Assembly (NCBI GenBank): GCA_965649265.1
Contig: CBFGKC010000018.1
Coordinates: 1 to 38,476, forward strand
Source of the DNA: a candidate division WOR-3 bacterium
Lineage (GTDB): Bacteria > Hydrothermota > Tepidihabitantia > B3-TA06
Length of the DNA: 38,476 nt
Direction of reading: 5' to 3'
Below the pieces are notes generated by a model. It had not been told where the DNA came from, ran no database searches, and was given only the letters and a program-made list of their open reading frames with translations. A program made the position numbers and the translations under genes. Each line of letters begins with the position of its first letter. Position 1 is the stretch's first letter. Positions 26,708-35,449 of this stretch are shown here, piece after piece.

Positions 26708-26806
26708 TTTCTGATCAAGCAGTACCGGGACATTGCTGCTGCGGTCAAGATGCGTCTCGAAATCTATGAGGAGATTGATAAAGAGGCAAAACAGAAAGGC
26801 AGGTGA
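26708..26806 (+). pseudogene. orphan 3' gene fragment (FLIKQYRDIAAAVKMRLEIYEEIDKEAKQKGR*)
   Basis: 32 protein-like sense codons; its TGA overlaps the GTG of the next gene; bounded upstream by an in-frame TAG, with no credible start. Confidence 0.45.
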
Positions 26807-27718
26807 ACGTGAAAGCAATCGTCAGAACAATCCCATTGATCGTGCTCGGAGCATTGCTTGCATCGTGCACAACTATTCAGGGCGACCTTGAGCTCTTGGT
26901 TGATGACCTTACCTGGAGCCACACACCTGGTTGGTCTTCGGATTGTTCGAAGATTTTTTACTCGGATGATAGCAATATGCTATGGCGAATAGATCTGGCT
27001 GGCAATAATCGAACAAAGGTTACCGATGAACCCGTTGGCGGCTTTGACGTTTCACCTCATGGAGATTTAGCTTTATCTGGAGGTGCAAACCGCTGGATCA
27101 TCGTCTTTGAACTGGATACATGGACAAGAGTAGATTCAGTTCAGCCTTCTGCGGATGTTCAGTTTGACTGGTCACCAGTATCCCTGAGATTATCATATGA
27201 ATCAAATCAAATCATCTATTACTGCTATAAGAACACGGACACTGTTTTCCTAAGGCGAATCAATCTGGATGATTCGACCGACGAGCTGCTTGTGAAGAAA
27301 GGTCTGGGCACCTGTTTTGCACCGGGACCCGGCGATACATTGGTTGCATTGTGGGATACTGTATACAATCTGAGGAGTGGAGAGCGTATCCCTTTGCCTG
27401 TGGAGCCGCAATCGCTTCAATGGAACCCTGCCGTACCCGGCGAGCTTTTGATCTCGACCTGGCATGACAGTGATTTGTTCCTTTTTGATGTGGGCACAAG
27501 AAAGATGAGACGGGTCAACGCAGGGCCTCCTGGAACATTTGTCACAGATGCGGCGCGATTTTCTCCTGACGGGAATAAAATAGTTCTGGTTGCAACCCAG
27601 TTGAGTAGCGGGAAAAACCAGATATGGCTATTTAGTATGACCAACTAGGCAGGTGAACGTGAAAGCAATCGTCAGGTCAATCCCATTGATCGTGCTCGGA
27701 GCATTGCTTGCATCGTGC
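26797..27718 (+). repeat. 72-bp direct repeat (26797-26868 and 27647-27718) covering the start and whole signal peptide of propeller lipoproteins 1 and 2
   Basis: 70/72 identical, ending at the lipobox Cys codon. Confidence 0.95.
26803..27648 (+). CDS. TolB-like (PD40/WD40) beta-propeller lipoprotein 1
   Basis: Lipobox 'LLASC'; 'PGWSSDCSKIFY', 'FAPGPGDTL', 'LQWNP..PGEL', 'ARFSPDGNKIV'. Confidence 0.8.
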   Translation: MNVKAIVRTIPLIVLGALLASCTTIQGDLELLVDDLTWSHTPGWSSDCSKIFYSDDSNMLWRIDLAGNNRTKVTDEPVGGFDVSPHGDLALSGGANRWIIVFELDTWTRVDSVQPSADVQFDWSPVSLRLSYESNQIIYYCYKNTDTVFLRRINLDDSTDELLVKKGLGTCFAPGPGDTLVALWDTVYNLRSGERIPLPVEPQSLQWNPAVPGELLISTWHDSDLFLFDVGTRKMRRVNAGPPGTFVTDAARFSPDGNKIVLVATQLSSGKNQIWLFSMTN

Positions 27719-28597
27719 GAGAAACCGGTGGAGGGGGAGCTAACTTTGTTAGTTGATGGACTTGACGCATTGACCGACAAGTATGGAATTTTTTCATTCT
27801 CCCCGGACTGGTCAGAGGACTGCTCCAAAGTATACCATCTTGATGTTTTCGACAGTTTAGGGAATTACGCCCCCTTAAGCATATGGTCAATTGATATTAC
27901 TGGTGAAGAAAAAAAACAACTCCTCGAGGGCGACGATGAGATTCTATCATTTGACGTTTCCGGAGAAGGTAATCTGTTAATACCGTATTTCACGACCAAT
28001 TCACAGAGGGATCAATGGATATTCGTGTATGATCTACTGACCTGGACCGTTCTGGATTCGATCGAGCCGGGCTATTCCAGGGCTTACGCGAGATTTTCGA
28101 TAGAAAGTAGTGATATTTTATACTATGAGGATGTTACGAGCGATGATCCCAAAACGCTTCTGCTTCATAAATGCAACTGGAAGGATTCAACGGACGACGT
28201 GGTTCTCAAGGTTCCTTACGAAATGCACTATGATTTCGCTCCAGGTCCGGGAGATACCTTATTCGCCTTCGGCAACAGGATATGCAATCTGAACAACAAT
28301 GAGATAATAACGATTGATATCGACAGCGCGGATGTCCAGTCTTTAGACTGGAACCCGGTAAATCCAGGCGAACTTGTAATCGCCACGGGGTTAGAAGGCA
28401 ATCTGTACATGTTCGACACTAAAACCCGGGAGCTTGAAAAAATCGACACTAAAGAAACTAATGCTTCTTCAATCAACCGGGCAAGATTTTCTCCAGATGG
28501 GAAGAAGATTGTTTTTACAGTTGCCATAGACGCCGACGCTGTTCATTTTTCTCAGATATGGCTATTTGAACGCGACTTAGCAAACCAGGAGTTTTAA
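27653..28597 (+). CDS. TolB-like beta-propeller lipoprotein 2
   Basis: Lipobox 'LLASC'; 'PDWSEDCSKVY', 'FAPGPGDTL', 'ARFSPDGKKIVF'. Confidence 0.8.
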   Translation: MNVKAIVRSIPLIVLGALLASCEKPVEGELTLLVDGLDALTDKYGIFSFSPDWSEDCSKVYHLDVFDSLGNYAPLSIWSIDITGEEKKQLLEGDDEILSFDVSGEGNLLIPYFTTNSQRDQWIFVYDLLTWTVLDSIEPGYSRAYARFSIESSDILYYEDVTSDDPKTLLLHKCNWKDSTDDVVLKVPYEMHYDFAPGPGDTLFAFGNRICNLNNNEIITIDIDSADVQSLDWNPVNPGELVIATGLEGNLYMFDTKTRELEKIDTKETNASSINRARFSPDGKKIVFTVAIDADAVHFSQIWLFERDLANQEF

Positions 28598-29520
28598 GTG
28601 AAAAAAACCCTTGGCGCTAAGCCCCTTATAGTGCTCGCAATAATTTTTGCGTCGTGCGAGAAGCCGATAGAGGGCGAGCTTGAGCAACTCCTGAATAACA
28701 AACAACAAACTGCAATTTGCCCGCGCTGGTCTTACGACGGTTCAAAGATATACTTCATATACAACTCAGGAACTAATTCAGGGAGATTGGGAGTATACGA
28801 TTTTGCAACCGGAGAAGATACCACACTCAGTGATCCCTGGATGCATGGCTTTGACATCTCCCGGTTTTCAGATTTGATGTTGACCAACGAAGGAGGCTGG
28901 TTCTGGATAAGAGAGCCGGAAACATGGGAGGTTGTTGATTCGAACAAGGCTTGTGAGAAGGCGCTCGATGTAGTTTTAACGATTCATGGCCCTAAATACT
29001 CCTATGAATCGTCGCAATCATTTTATTACCTGTTCTGGAGAGAACCGGATTCACTGTTTCTTCACAAAGTCGATCTCTCGCTTCATAGTGACGAGGAAGT
29101 GCTTATCATCAATTCTGAAGAAAGAGGTGCTTTTGCACCGGGATCTGGAGACACGCTTTTTGCGATAAGTGATACGATGTACAACCTGAAGAGCGGAGAA
29201 AAGATTCCTTTGGGTATACGGCCTATAGAGCTTCAATGGAATCCCGCAGCCCCTAACGAACTTCTGGTTGTTAAAGCTGCGGCTAAAGATGAAGATCTGT
29301 ATCTGTTCTCTCTTCAAGAGCGAAGGTTGAACCGCATAAAAGTAGAACTCCCTGAAATCTACAGTTCTACAAGTGACGCAAGGTTTTCGCCCGACGGCAA
29401 GAGCATAGTTCTTGTCGGCGAGCAGTATTCGGACGGCGGAGGCCCCTTATACCTGTGGCTTTATAAGATCAAAGAATAGGAGTTTTAAGTGAAAAAAACC
29501 CTTGGCGCTAAGCCCCTTAT
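28587..29520 (+). repeat. 43-bp perfect direct repeat (28587-28629 and 29478-29520): SD plus first codons shared by lipoprotein 3 and the flavin reductase
   Basis: aggagttttaagtgaaaaaaacccttggcgctaagccccttat occurs twice; both proteins begin MKKTLGAKPLIV. Confidence 0.95.
28598..29479 (+). CDS. TolB-like beta-propeller lipoprotein 3
   Basis: Lipobox 'IFASC'; 'PRWSYDGSKIYF', 'FAPGSGDTL', 'ARFSPDGKSIV'. Confidence 0.8.
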   Translation: MKKTLGAKPLIVLAIIFASCEKPIEGELEQLLNNKQQTAICPRWSYDGSKIYFIYNSGTNSGRLGVYDFATGEDTTLSDPWMHGFDISRFSDLMLTNEGGWFWIREPETWEVVDSNKACEKALDVVLTIHGPKYSYESSQSFYYLFWREPDSLFLHKVDLSLHSDEEVLIINSEERGAFAPGSGDTLFAISDTMYNLKSGEKIPLGIRPIELQWNPAAPNELLVVKAAAKDEDLYLFSLQERRLNRIKVELPEIYSSTSDARFSPDGKSIVLVGEQYSDGGGPLYLWLYKIKE

Positions 29521-30055
29521 CGTGCCGACGCCGGTATGGATAATCGGCACTTATGACGATGAAGGCAAACCCAATGCCATGACCGCGGCGTGGGCGGGCG
29601 TCGCATGTTCCGATCCTGCGAGCGTTGCAATTTCGCTGCGCGCCGCGACATACACTCACGGCAACATCACCAAACGCAAGGCGTTCACCGTAAGCGTGCC
29701 GTCCGAAGCTCTCGTAAAGGAAGCCGACTATCTCGGAATTGCGTCCGGCAGGAACGAAGATAAGTTTGCTCGTTCGGGGCTCACTCCGGTCGCAAGTGAC
29801 GTTGTAGACGCCCCTTACGTGAAAGAAGCGCCATTAATTCTCGAATGCAGGTTGACTCACACCATTGAGCTGGGACTTCACACGCACTTCGTTGGAGAGA
29901 TTGTTGATGTCAAGGCAGACGAGGAGGTGCTCGGTAACGGCGGTTATCCCGATATCGAAAAGGTCAAACCATTCGTCTACACCCCCGGTGATCGCAAATA
30001 CCACGGCATCGGTTCATACCTTGGTCTCGGATTCTCATTAGGGAAAAAAAACTAA
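29489..30055 (+). CDS. flavin reductase family protein (flavoredoxin-like)
   Basis: 'PTPVWIIGTYD..GKPNAMTAAW', 'GIASGRNEDKF', 'APYVKEAPLILECRL', 'HTHFVGEIV'. Confidence 0.9.
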   Translation: MKKTLGAKPLIVPTPVWIIGTYDDEGKPNAMTAAWAGVACSDPASVAISLRAATYTHGNITKRKAFTVSVPSEALVKEADYLGIASGRNEDKFARSGLTPVASDVVDAPYVKEAPLILECRLTHTIELGLHTHFVGEIVDVKADEEVLGNGGYPDIEKVKPFVYTPGDRKYHGIGSYLGLGFSLGKKN

Positions 30056-30137
30056 TTACTTAAATCGGTTATCACGCTCCTCCCCCCCTTGCTCAGCGGA
30101 ACGCCTGACCTTATTTGTACCCGGTCTGGCGGTAAGC

Positions 30138-30815
30138 TCAGCCTACCTCAGGTTCAGTTTTTAAACCCTTGAGGAACATGAAAACACCGGCGTCCTCGCA
30201 GGTTTTGTTCTGGAAGGGCGATGATGCAAGGGTTTTCTGCGCATGCTCCATCGAGACGAAATCTATCCAGACGAGCTTGCCCATGATGCGGGCGAGCAGT
30301 CTTCCTAAAAGGCCGAAGCCCACGGTGCGGCAGAAAGCGTTCATGTCCTCGTAGTCGAAGCCTTTTTTGCCGTCGATGATGAACATCTCACCGCCCGGCT
30401 TGAGCACACGGTGAAGTTCGGTGAACATCTTCTTGGGGTTGGGCCAGTGGTGGAAGGTGAATGAATTGATGACGAGATCGAAGGTGTTGTCGGCGAAGCT
30501 TAGATTGTAGGCGTCCTCACGCTGGGCTATTACACGGCCTACAAGCTTGTTCTCCTTGATTACTTTTTTATTTAGATATACCATATCAGGGGAGAGATCG
30601 GTCGAGTAAATCTTTGCCTCCGGATACTTTTTTGCAAGTGCAACACCAAGGTAACCTGCGGCGGCACCCACGTCAAGGATTTTACCCTTCGGATTTTTTA
30701 AAGGTATCCAGCGCGCAAATTGTTCATAGACTTTCAAAAAGAAGACCCGTGTATATAAATCATAGAGTCTTGAATGCGGAAACTGGAAAATTGTAGGCTC
30801 CATTCTAATAGCCAA
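30138..30815 (-). CDS. class I SAM-dependent methyltransferase (UbiE-like)
   Basis: 'ILDVGAAAG', 'DLSPDM', 'DAYNLSFADNTFDLVI', 'HRVLKPGG'. Start TTG 30815 follows AAGGAG; ATG 30893 lies within the promoter. Confidence 0.85.
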   Translation of the reverse strand: MAIRMEPTIFQFPHSRLYDLYTRVFFLKVYEQFARWIPLKNPKGKILDVGAAAGYLGVALAKKYPEAKIYSTDLSPDMVYLNKKVIKENKLVGRVIAQREDAYNLSFADNTFDLVINSFTFHHWPNPKKMFTELHRVLKPGGEMFIIDGKKGFDYEDMNAFCRTVGFGLLGRLLARIMGKLVWIDFVSMEHAQKTLASSPFQNKTCEDAGVFMFLKGLKTEPEVG

Positions 30816-30895
30816 TGTTACTCCTTTACTTTTCAAATAAATATCTCTAGATTCCTGAATCGCCTCTTTAAAAAAGAGTATTGTTCCTTGCATAA

Positions 30896-31029
30896 ACTAT
30901 ACCGTTTTCAGGAAGCTTGTCAATACTTAAGAATACTTATCTTCGATTTCCGCCAGCATTTGTGATTCTACCGCAACTCCGTAAATAAAGGCGAAAGAGA
31001 CTTGACTGATCTTCGGTTTTGAGTATATT
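30896..31029. promoter_or_regulatory. divergent promoters: (-) TTGACA-N16-TATAGT and (+) TTGACT-N16-TATATT
   Basis: Minus 30923-30918 and 30901-30896; plus 31002-31007 and 31024-31029. Confidence 0.72.
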
Positions 31030-31056
31030 GAAGGCATAAACTTAGGAGGACTATCT

Positions 31057-31521
31057 ATGAAAAAAATCCCTGTGGCAATCATATTCGTCGCCCTTCTTGT
31101 CATATCCGGAGTCGCTCTCGGTGCCGACCAGTACACGACCATGCAGGATATAATGAAGAAGCTGAGCAATGCGGTAACCTATCTTGAGGATACCGAGAAC
31201 CAGGAAGTGGTGAATATCGATGCCGACATCATTACCGAAGACGGCATCACCTACACCCGCACCCTACACCAGGGCTGGACATACGGTATCATGGCGTTCG
31301 GCGACTGGCGGATTTCCGATCTCGATATTACGGTCTACGAGGACGTTGACGGAGAATGGACAGAGGTTGGCAAAGATGACGAGGCCGACAACAATCCACT
31401 CGTCGTAATAACGCCTTCAACGTCGGCGGAATACATGATAGAGTTCACGATCTACAAATTCTCCGGCGACTACACGGCTGCACACTACGGCATGATCATC
31501 TACCACGAGATCGAGGAATAG
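31057..31521 (+). CDS. secreted acidic protein, PPC-like beta-sandwich
   Basis: AGGAGG SD; Sec signal peptide; 'DLDITVY...VGKDDEADNNP.V...P.....Y.I'. Confidence 0.7.
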   Translation: MKKIPVAIIFVALLVISGVALGADQYTTMQDIMKKLSNAVTYLEDTENQEVVNIDADIITEDGITYTRTLHQGWTYGIMAFGDWRISDLDITVYEDVDGEWTEVGKDDEADNNPLVVITPSTSAEYMIEFTIYKFSGDYTAAHYGMIIYHEIEE

Positions 31522-31534
31522 GAATATTTTTTCG

Positions 31535-31565
31535 TAATGGGGTCCCTCCTGGACCCCATTATTTT
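31535..31565. terminator. bidirectional rho-independent terminator
   Basis: 11-bp perfect stem taatggggtcc/ggaccccatta between convergent genes, followed by tttt. Confidence 0.8.
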
Positions 31566-31933
31566 ATTACTATTGCGACAGTTTTACTTGCAAACCCGCA
31601 CATTGTGAACCTCACATATAAAGTATCTCCGGTTGAAAGATCCTTCTTGTAATCGCACGGCCCGAGATTCTCTCTTGCCCATTTGCCTGCGCAAAACGAG
31701 ACTCTGAATGAGCCGTCCTCCCCTGCCTGGACATATGCGGCGAGTACGCCGTCACCGTCCGTTACCATGACGTCCGATTCGTTTGCCACCGAGCCGCGTC
31801 TGCCGTGAATTTCAACTGTGCAGGATCGTGTGTAGTACGCTTCAATGCGGCCTGGTTTGATCGGCCTGAATGCCTGGCGAGTGCACGTCAAAAGCGGGAT
31901 CATGAGGGAAATAGCCCATATTCTTTTCATCAT
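31559..31933 (-). CDS. hypothetical lipoprotein
   Basis: 'MMKRIWAISLMIPLLTC' lipoprotein-like signal; AGGAG SD; ATGA overlap with GH113 stop. Confidence 0.65.
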   Translation of the reverse strand: MMKRIWAISLMIPLLTCTRQAFRPIKPGRIEAYYTRSCTVEIHGRRGSVANESDVMVTDGDGVLAAYVQAGEDGSFRVSFCAGKWARENLGPCDYKKDLSTGDTLYVRFTMCGFASKTVAIVIK

Positions 31934-32874
31934 GTCTCCTCTTTCGTCTTTCCTTCGCACCAGAATTCCCTCAGAACCTTTTCCGCCTCCTTACCCTGGG
32001 GCGAGTAGCCGTCCTTGCTTGCATTACCCGAAACCGAATCCCACAGCCAGAAGTAGACCCCTCTTATCCAGGGATTGGATTCCAACGCCTCGAGAAAAGC
32101 CCTGTAACATTTGGCTTGCTCCTCTTGATCAGGTTCGCTCCGGGTCTGAAAATCCCACGGCCTTTGGGCCGCAAACCCCGTGCTTCTGTAACCGACCTCG
32201 GTAAAGAGCAGGGGTTTGCCTATCTTTACGCTGAACATTTTGAGTGTTTCCATCCATCGCCCGATGCGCCCTCTGAAGACCTCCTCTCCCCCCTCTTCTC
32301 CATCGGCGAGCGGGGCGTAAAAGTCGATGCCTATCGCGTCCAGCGCGTCCCAGAAAGAAACCCGCTCATAGGAGTCCCAGTTGGCCGCAAAGGTAAGCTC
32401 GCCTGAGTAGACGGCCCTGACGTCGCGAATCAACTGTCTCCATTCTTCGTGACCCGACAAGAGCATGAGCTCCGTGCCGATGCAGAACATCTCAATCCCG
32501 TGCCCCTGAGCAGCCCTCGCGCAATTGAGAATCCTGTCGGAATACGACTTGAACCACGCCTTCCTTCTTAAGGGAAAAATGCGCGCTCTCCATGTCCCGT
32601 CCTCGATATCAAGGTGCGGCTTGAGCATTATCCTGAGTCCCAGAGCATGGGCTTTCTCCGCCGCCCGCCTCAGGGACTCTTCGCTTGCCGTGCGGTTCGT
32701 CCTTCTGATATCGCTAGAAAGAATCCCTCGTTGATACCATGTCGGTACGAGAGCGACGGAATCGACGCCGCAGTCTTTGAGCGCTTTCAGTGAATCACCG
32801 AGGCTTTCATTTGCGTAACCCTCTTCGGACCATACCGGCAGGTTGAAACCGCGTTCGTATCCGCTGGACTTCAC
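31930..32874 (-). CDS. glycoside hydrolase family 113-like TIM barrel (no signal peptide)
   Basis: 'IMLKPHLD...WRA.I', 'FCIGTEL' (acid/base Glu), 'LTFAANWD', 'IGIDFYAPL', 'LFTEVGY' (nucleophile), 'YSPQGK.AE'. Confidence 0.82.
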   Translation of the reverse strand: MKSSGYERGFNLPVWSEEGYANESLGDSLKALKDCGVDSVALVPTWYQRGILSSDIRRTNRTASEESLRRAAEKAHALGLRIMLKPHLDIEDGTWRARIFPLRRKAWFKSYSDRILNCARAAQGHGIEMFCIGTELMLLSGHEEWRQLIRDVRAVYSGELTFAANWDSYERVSFWDALDAIGIDFYAPLADGEEGGEEVFRGRIGRWMETLKMFSVKIGKPLLFTEVGYRSTGFAAQRPWDFQTRSEPDQEEQAKCYRAFLEALESNPWIRGVYFWLWDSVSGNASKDGYSPQGKEAEKVLREFWCEGKTKEET

Positions 32875-33926
32875 ACCGCCTTCTTCCGGATAAGCGCCAG
32901 CCGGAAGGTTGCCTCGAGAACCCTTTTAGGGTAAGTCCTGGGCGAAAGCTCCACAGCCCCGAGACGGCCCAGAATCCAGTTTCCCTTCCCCATGAGGCTT
33001 TCCCGCAGTATCTGGCACAAGCCGTCCGCATCCACAAAACCCTCCAGCCAGGCAAGTGCTTTCTTGAACCAGGAATGGGCTTTCGCGGACTCGAACGGAG
33101 CAAGCATCTCCATATTTCGCAGCAGATAGCCCAGGCATTCGGCATCAAAACCTCCATTCCATCCGGGCAGCTTCATGCTCCAGCCCATGGCGCAATACCG
33201 CCGGGGTGCAATTGCCACCACACCGTACCCCCAACGCAGGGACTGGTATTCATCGGTCATCATCCATCCGACCGCCTCCTCGGCCTTCCGCAGAAGCCCT
33301 TCGGGCAGGTTGCCCCACGAGTTCACGTCCCATACCCATGGAAGATGGAAGCGTTTGCCCAAGTAGTGCAATGGGTTAAGAAAAGGCGTTTTTCCCCTCC
33401 AGACCTTCGGGTAGCCGGCAGGGTCAGGCAAATAAAGAGTTGCGGGGTCGAACCGGGGTCCGAATTCCTTAAGCCTTGCCAGTCTTGCCGCCACGTGCTT
33501 TCGCACCGCTGGGTGCCCGTCGTACCCGAGAGCGCTGACGGAGCCTGCGATTAACGAGGCGGCAAACTCCCTGCCCAGAAATGAGGTGTGCATGTAACGG
33601 TCGTCCGTGGCGTCGTCGGCGAGTGCTTCCAGAAAATCGAAATACGGTTTTATCCTCTCATCCAGTTCCTTTACTCCGCTGCGTATGCCCATATCGTAAA
33701 GACTACCGCACGCGTTCTCGAAGGTTCGTTCCGTGGAGCCGTGAATGGAGTTAAAATCAGTTTCGCCTGTCAAATAGTCGAGGTTTTCCTTCACTCTCGG
33801 ATATGCAAGCAGCTCATCCTTCGAGACTGTCTCTGGCTTTCTTCCGAGAATCTCTTTCTCCACCCGCCACCTGATGGGGGCGCAGGCCTCGGAGAGCAGG
33901 ACTTCTATTGCTCTGTCATCCGTCAT
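32871..33926 (-). CDS. hypothetical protein, possibly prenyltransferase/squalene-cyclase-like alpha-barrel
   Basis: GGAGG SD; 'IEVLLSEACAPIRWRVEKEIL' start and 'WFKKALAWLE...DG' / 'EATFRLALI' end; family assignment is weak. Confidence 0.55.
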   Translation of the reverse strand: MTDDRAIEVLLSEACAPIRWRVEKEILGRKPETVSKDELLAYPRVKENLDYLTGETDFNSIHGSTERTFENACGSLYDMGIRSGVKELDERIKPYFDFLEALADDATDDRYMHTSFLGREFAASLIAGSVSALGYDGHPAVRKHVAARLARLKEFGPRFDPATLYLPDPAGYPKVWRGKTPFLNPLHYLGKRFHLPWVWDVNSWGNLPEGLLRKAEEAVGWMMTDEYQSLRWGYGVVAIAPRRYCAMGWSMKLPGWNGGFDAECLGYLLRNMEMLAPFESAKAHSWFKKALAWLEGFVDADGLCQILRESLMGKGNWILGRLGAVELSPRTYPKRVLEATFRLALIRKKAV

Positions 33927-33945
33927 TAATTATCCTCCATCCGTC

Positions 33946-33973
33946 AGTTTACGATGAGCATGGAACGTGTCAA
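33946..33973 (-). promoter_or_regulatory. promoter TTGACA-N16-TAAACT
   Basis: Minus strand 33973-33968 and 33951-33946. Confidence 0.72.
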
Positions 33974-33976
33974 TAC

Positions 33977-34003
33977 AAAAAAAGGGATGGCCGCAGCCAT
34001 CCC
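33977..34003 (-). terminator. rho-independent terminator of the C10 peptidase gene
   Basis: 9-bp stem agggatggc/gccatccct, 4-nt loop, T-tract on minus strand. Confidence 0.85.
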
Positions 34004-34033
34004 TGTAGTGGATGAAAGATCATTCTGGCTGCT

Positions 34034-35371
34034 TTATTTAGGAGCCATTATGTTTAATACCCCGTGGCTTATGATATCGTATCCCGCAGGCATTCCGTCC
34101 GGCAATTTATACCAGGCATCCTTAATATCATCCGGGTTTTTGGACCCCCAACCGAAGTTGAGATGGTAAATATCTCTTTCCACAAGACGTTCTCCTGACA
34201 CTACCCATGCCGCTCCATCACATACGATTGCATGACCTCTCCTCGTGCCCGTTTCTGTGAGTCTTAAAACCGCAGGACGACTGGTAAGAATATTCGTATA
34301 TAAGCTATCGTAGAAACTTATCGCAGAATCGGACGGGTAGAAAACTTCCGCACTGAAATAATCGAACTTGTTCAGGAGAGCTGTTTGAACAGACGATATA
34401 CCTGAAGATGAGCCGGCTCTACTTGAGTATTTCGTCCCTATCGAAACGCCGCAGATGTAGGACAGCCAGGGCCCGCTAAGGCTGCTTGGTACGCTGTCAG
34501 GCAAAACTAGATACTGCATAGAAATAATAGGCGCGATTACATTCACCGTACTAAAAGAAGGAAATCCTGCAACTTGCCAATCGGCATCGATTTTAATAAT
34601 CACGGTATCGGTGTCTGAACCCGAGTTTGGATATTCAACTCTTTCAGAAGTATAAGTGTCGGCATCAAAAAAACCTACAAAAGACAAGGCATTGCGAAGC
34701 TCAGCCCAGTAATTGACAACCTGAGCCATTGCGGTGGCTCCGCATCCCACTGAACATCTGTCGCCGGTAAAGGTGTCGACCGGGCAGCACTCATTGTATA
34801 TTCCGCCTTGCGTCCATGTGGTTCTTACCAGACCTTGAGTAGGAAATAAGAAATCGGGAATCGGATAACGCACAATTCTGAGATCGGGAGAATCATCACT
34901 TAAACACTCTTGCCAGGCATCCTTACGACTCTTAACGTATCCGGGGGAAAGACGGGGGAGGGCTTCACGCCTGAAAACCAGATCTTGCCTGAGCATCTGA
35001 AGCAATACGTTATCCGGATGCTCCTCCCATGGGAAATTCCCCTGAAAGTCGAAAGCGATGACGGGATCAATGTGAGTGTAGGCGGAAATCACGACAAACC
35101 CTTTAGGGACGAGTTCGATCACGTATCCAATAAGTTCCTTTGTTTCCGGATATTTGAGCTCTTCAACTTTCCCCACCTTCGGGGCAGTTTGATTTGAAAC
35201 CGATATATCCCGCCACATATTCTCGGCTTTCGCGATGTGATAGGCCGCCGCTTTTCTTGCCATTTCCCTGGTTACCGGCTCGCTGGTAAGCGGTTGAGCG
35301 TACATTGTCTCCAACGCTCCAAGGCTTGTGAAAACCACGAACAGTGCTCCGAGAGTGCATCTCTGGGACAT
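34034..35371 (-). CDS. C10 family (streptopain/SpeB-like) cysteine peptidase with Spi/I69-like prodomain
   Basis: 'GFVVISA....DPVIAF' prodomain; 'WTQG..YN..CP', 'VGCGATAMAQ' (catalytic Cys), 'GHAIVCDG' (His), 'YHLNFGWG'. Confidence 0.88.
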   Translation of the reverse strand: MSQRCTLGALFVVFTSLGALETMYAQPLTSEPVTREMARKAAAYHIAKAENMWRDISVSNQTAPKVGKVEELKYPETKELIGYVIELVPKGFVVISAYTHIDPVIAFDFQGNFPWEEHPDNVLLQMLRQDLVFRREALPRLSPGYVKSRKDAWQECLSDDSPDLRIVRYPIPDFLFPTQGLVRTTWTQGGIYNECCPVDTFTGDRCSVGCGATAMAQVVNYWAELRNALSFVGFFDADTYTSERVEYPNSGSDTDTVIIKIDADWQVAGFPSFSTVNVIAPIISMQYLVLPDSVPSSLSGPWLSYICGVSIGTKYSSRAGSSSGISSVQTALLNKFDYFSAEVFYPSDSAISFYDSLYTNILTSRPAVLRLTETGTRRGHAIVCDGAAWVVSGERLVERDIYHLNFGWGSKNPDDIKDAWYKLPDGMPAGYDIISHGVLNIMAPK

Positions 35372-35410
35372 CAGCGCCTCCTTTAAGAGATTAATTATTA
35401 GCAGAAGGAA

Positions 35411-35449
35411 ATGATATACACGATTGAGTTTTTGTCAAGTTGACAAAAA
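35411..35449 (-). promoter_or_regulatory. promoter TTGACA-N16-TATCAT whose -35 lies within a 21-bp palindrome
   Basis: Minus 35438-35433 and 35416-35411; tttttgtcaa-g-ttgacaaaaa at 35429-35449. Confidence 0.7.

Noticed and set aside
26797-29520. CRISPR array or integron attC cassettes
   Set aside because: Repeats are two different coding-leader pairs 850 and 891 nt apart, not palindromic attC sites or short regularly spaced repeats; no cas or integrase gene in the window
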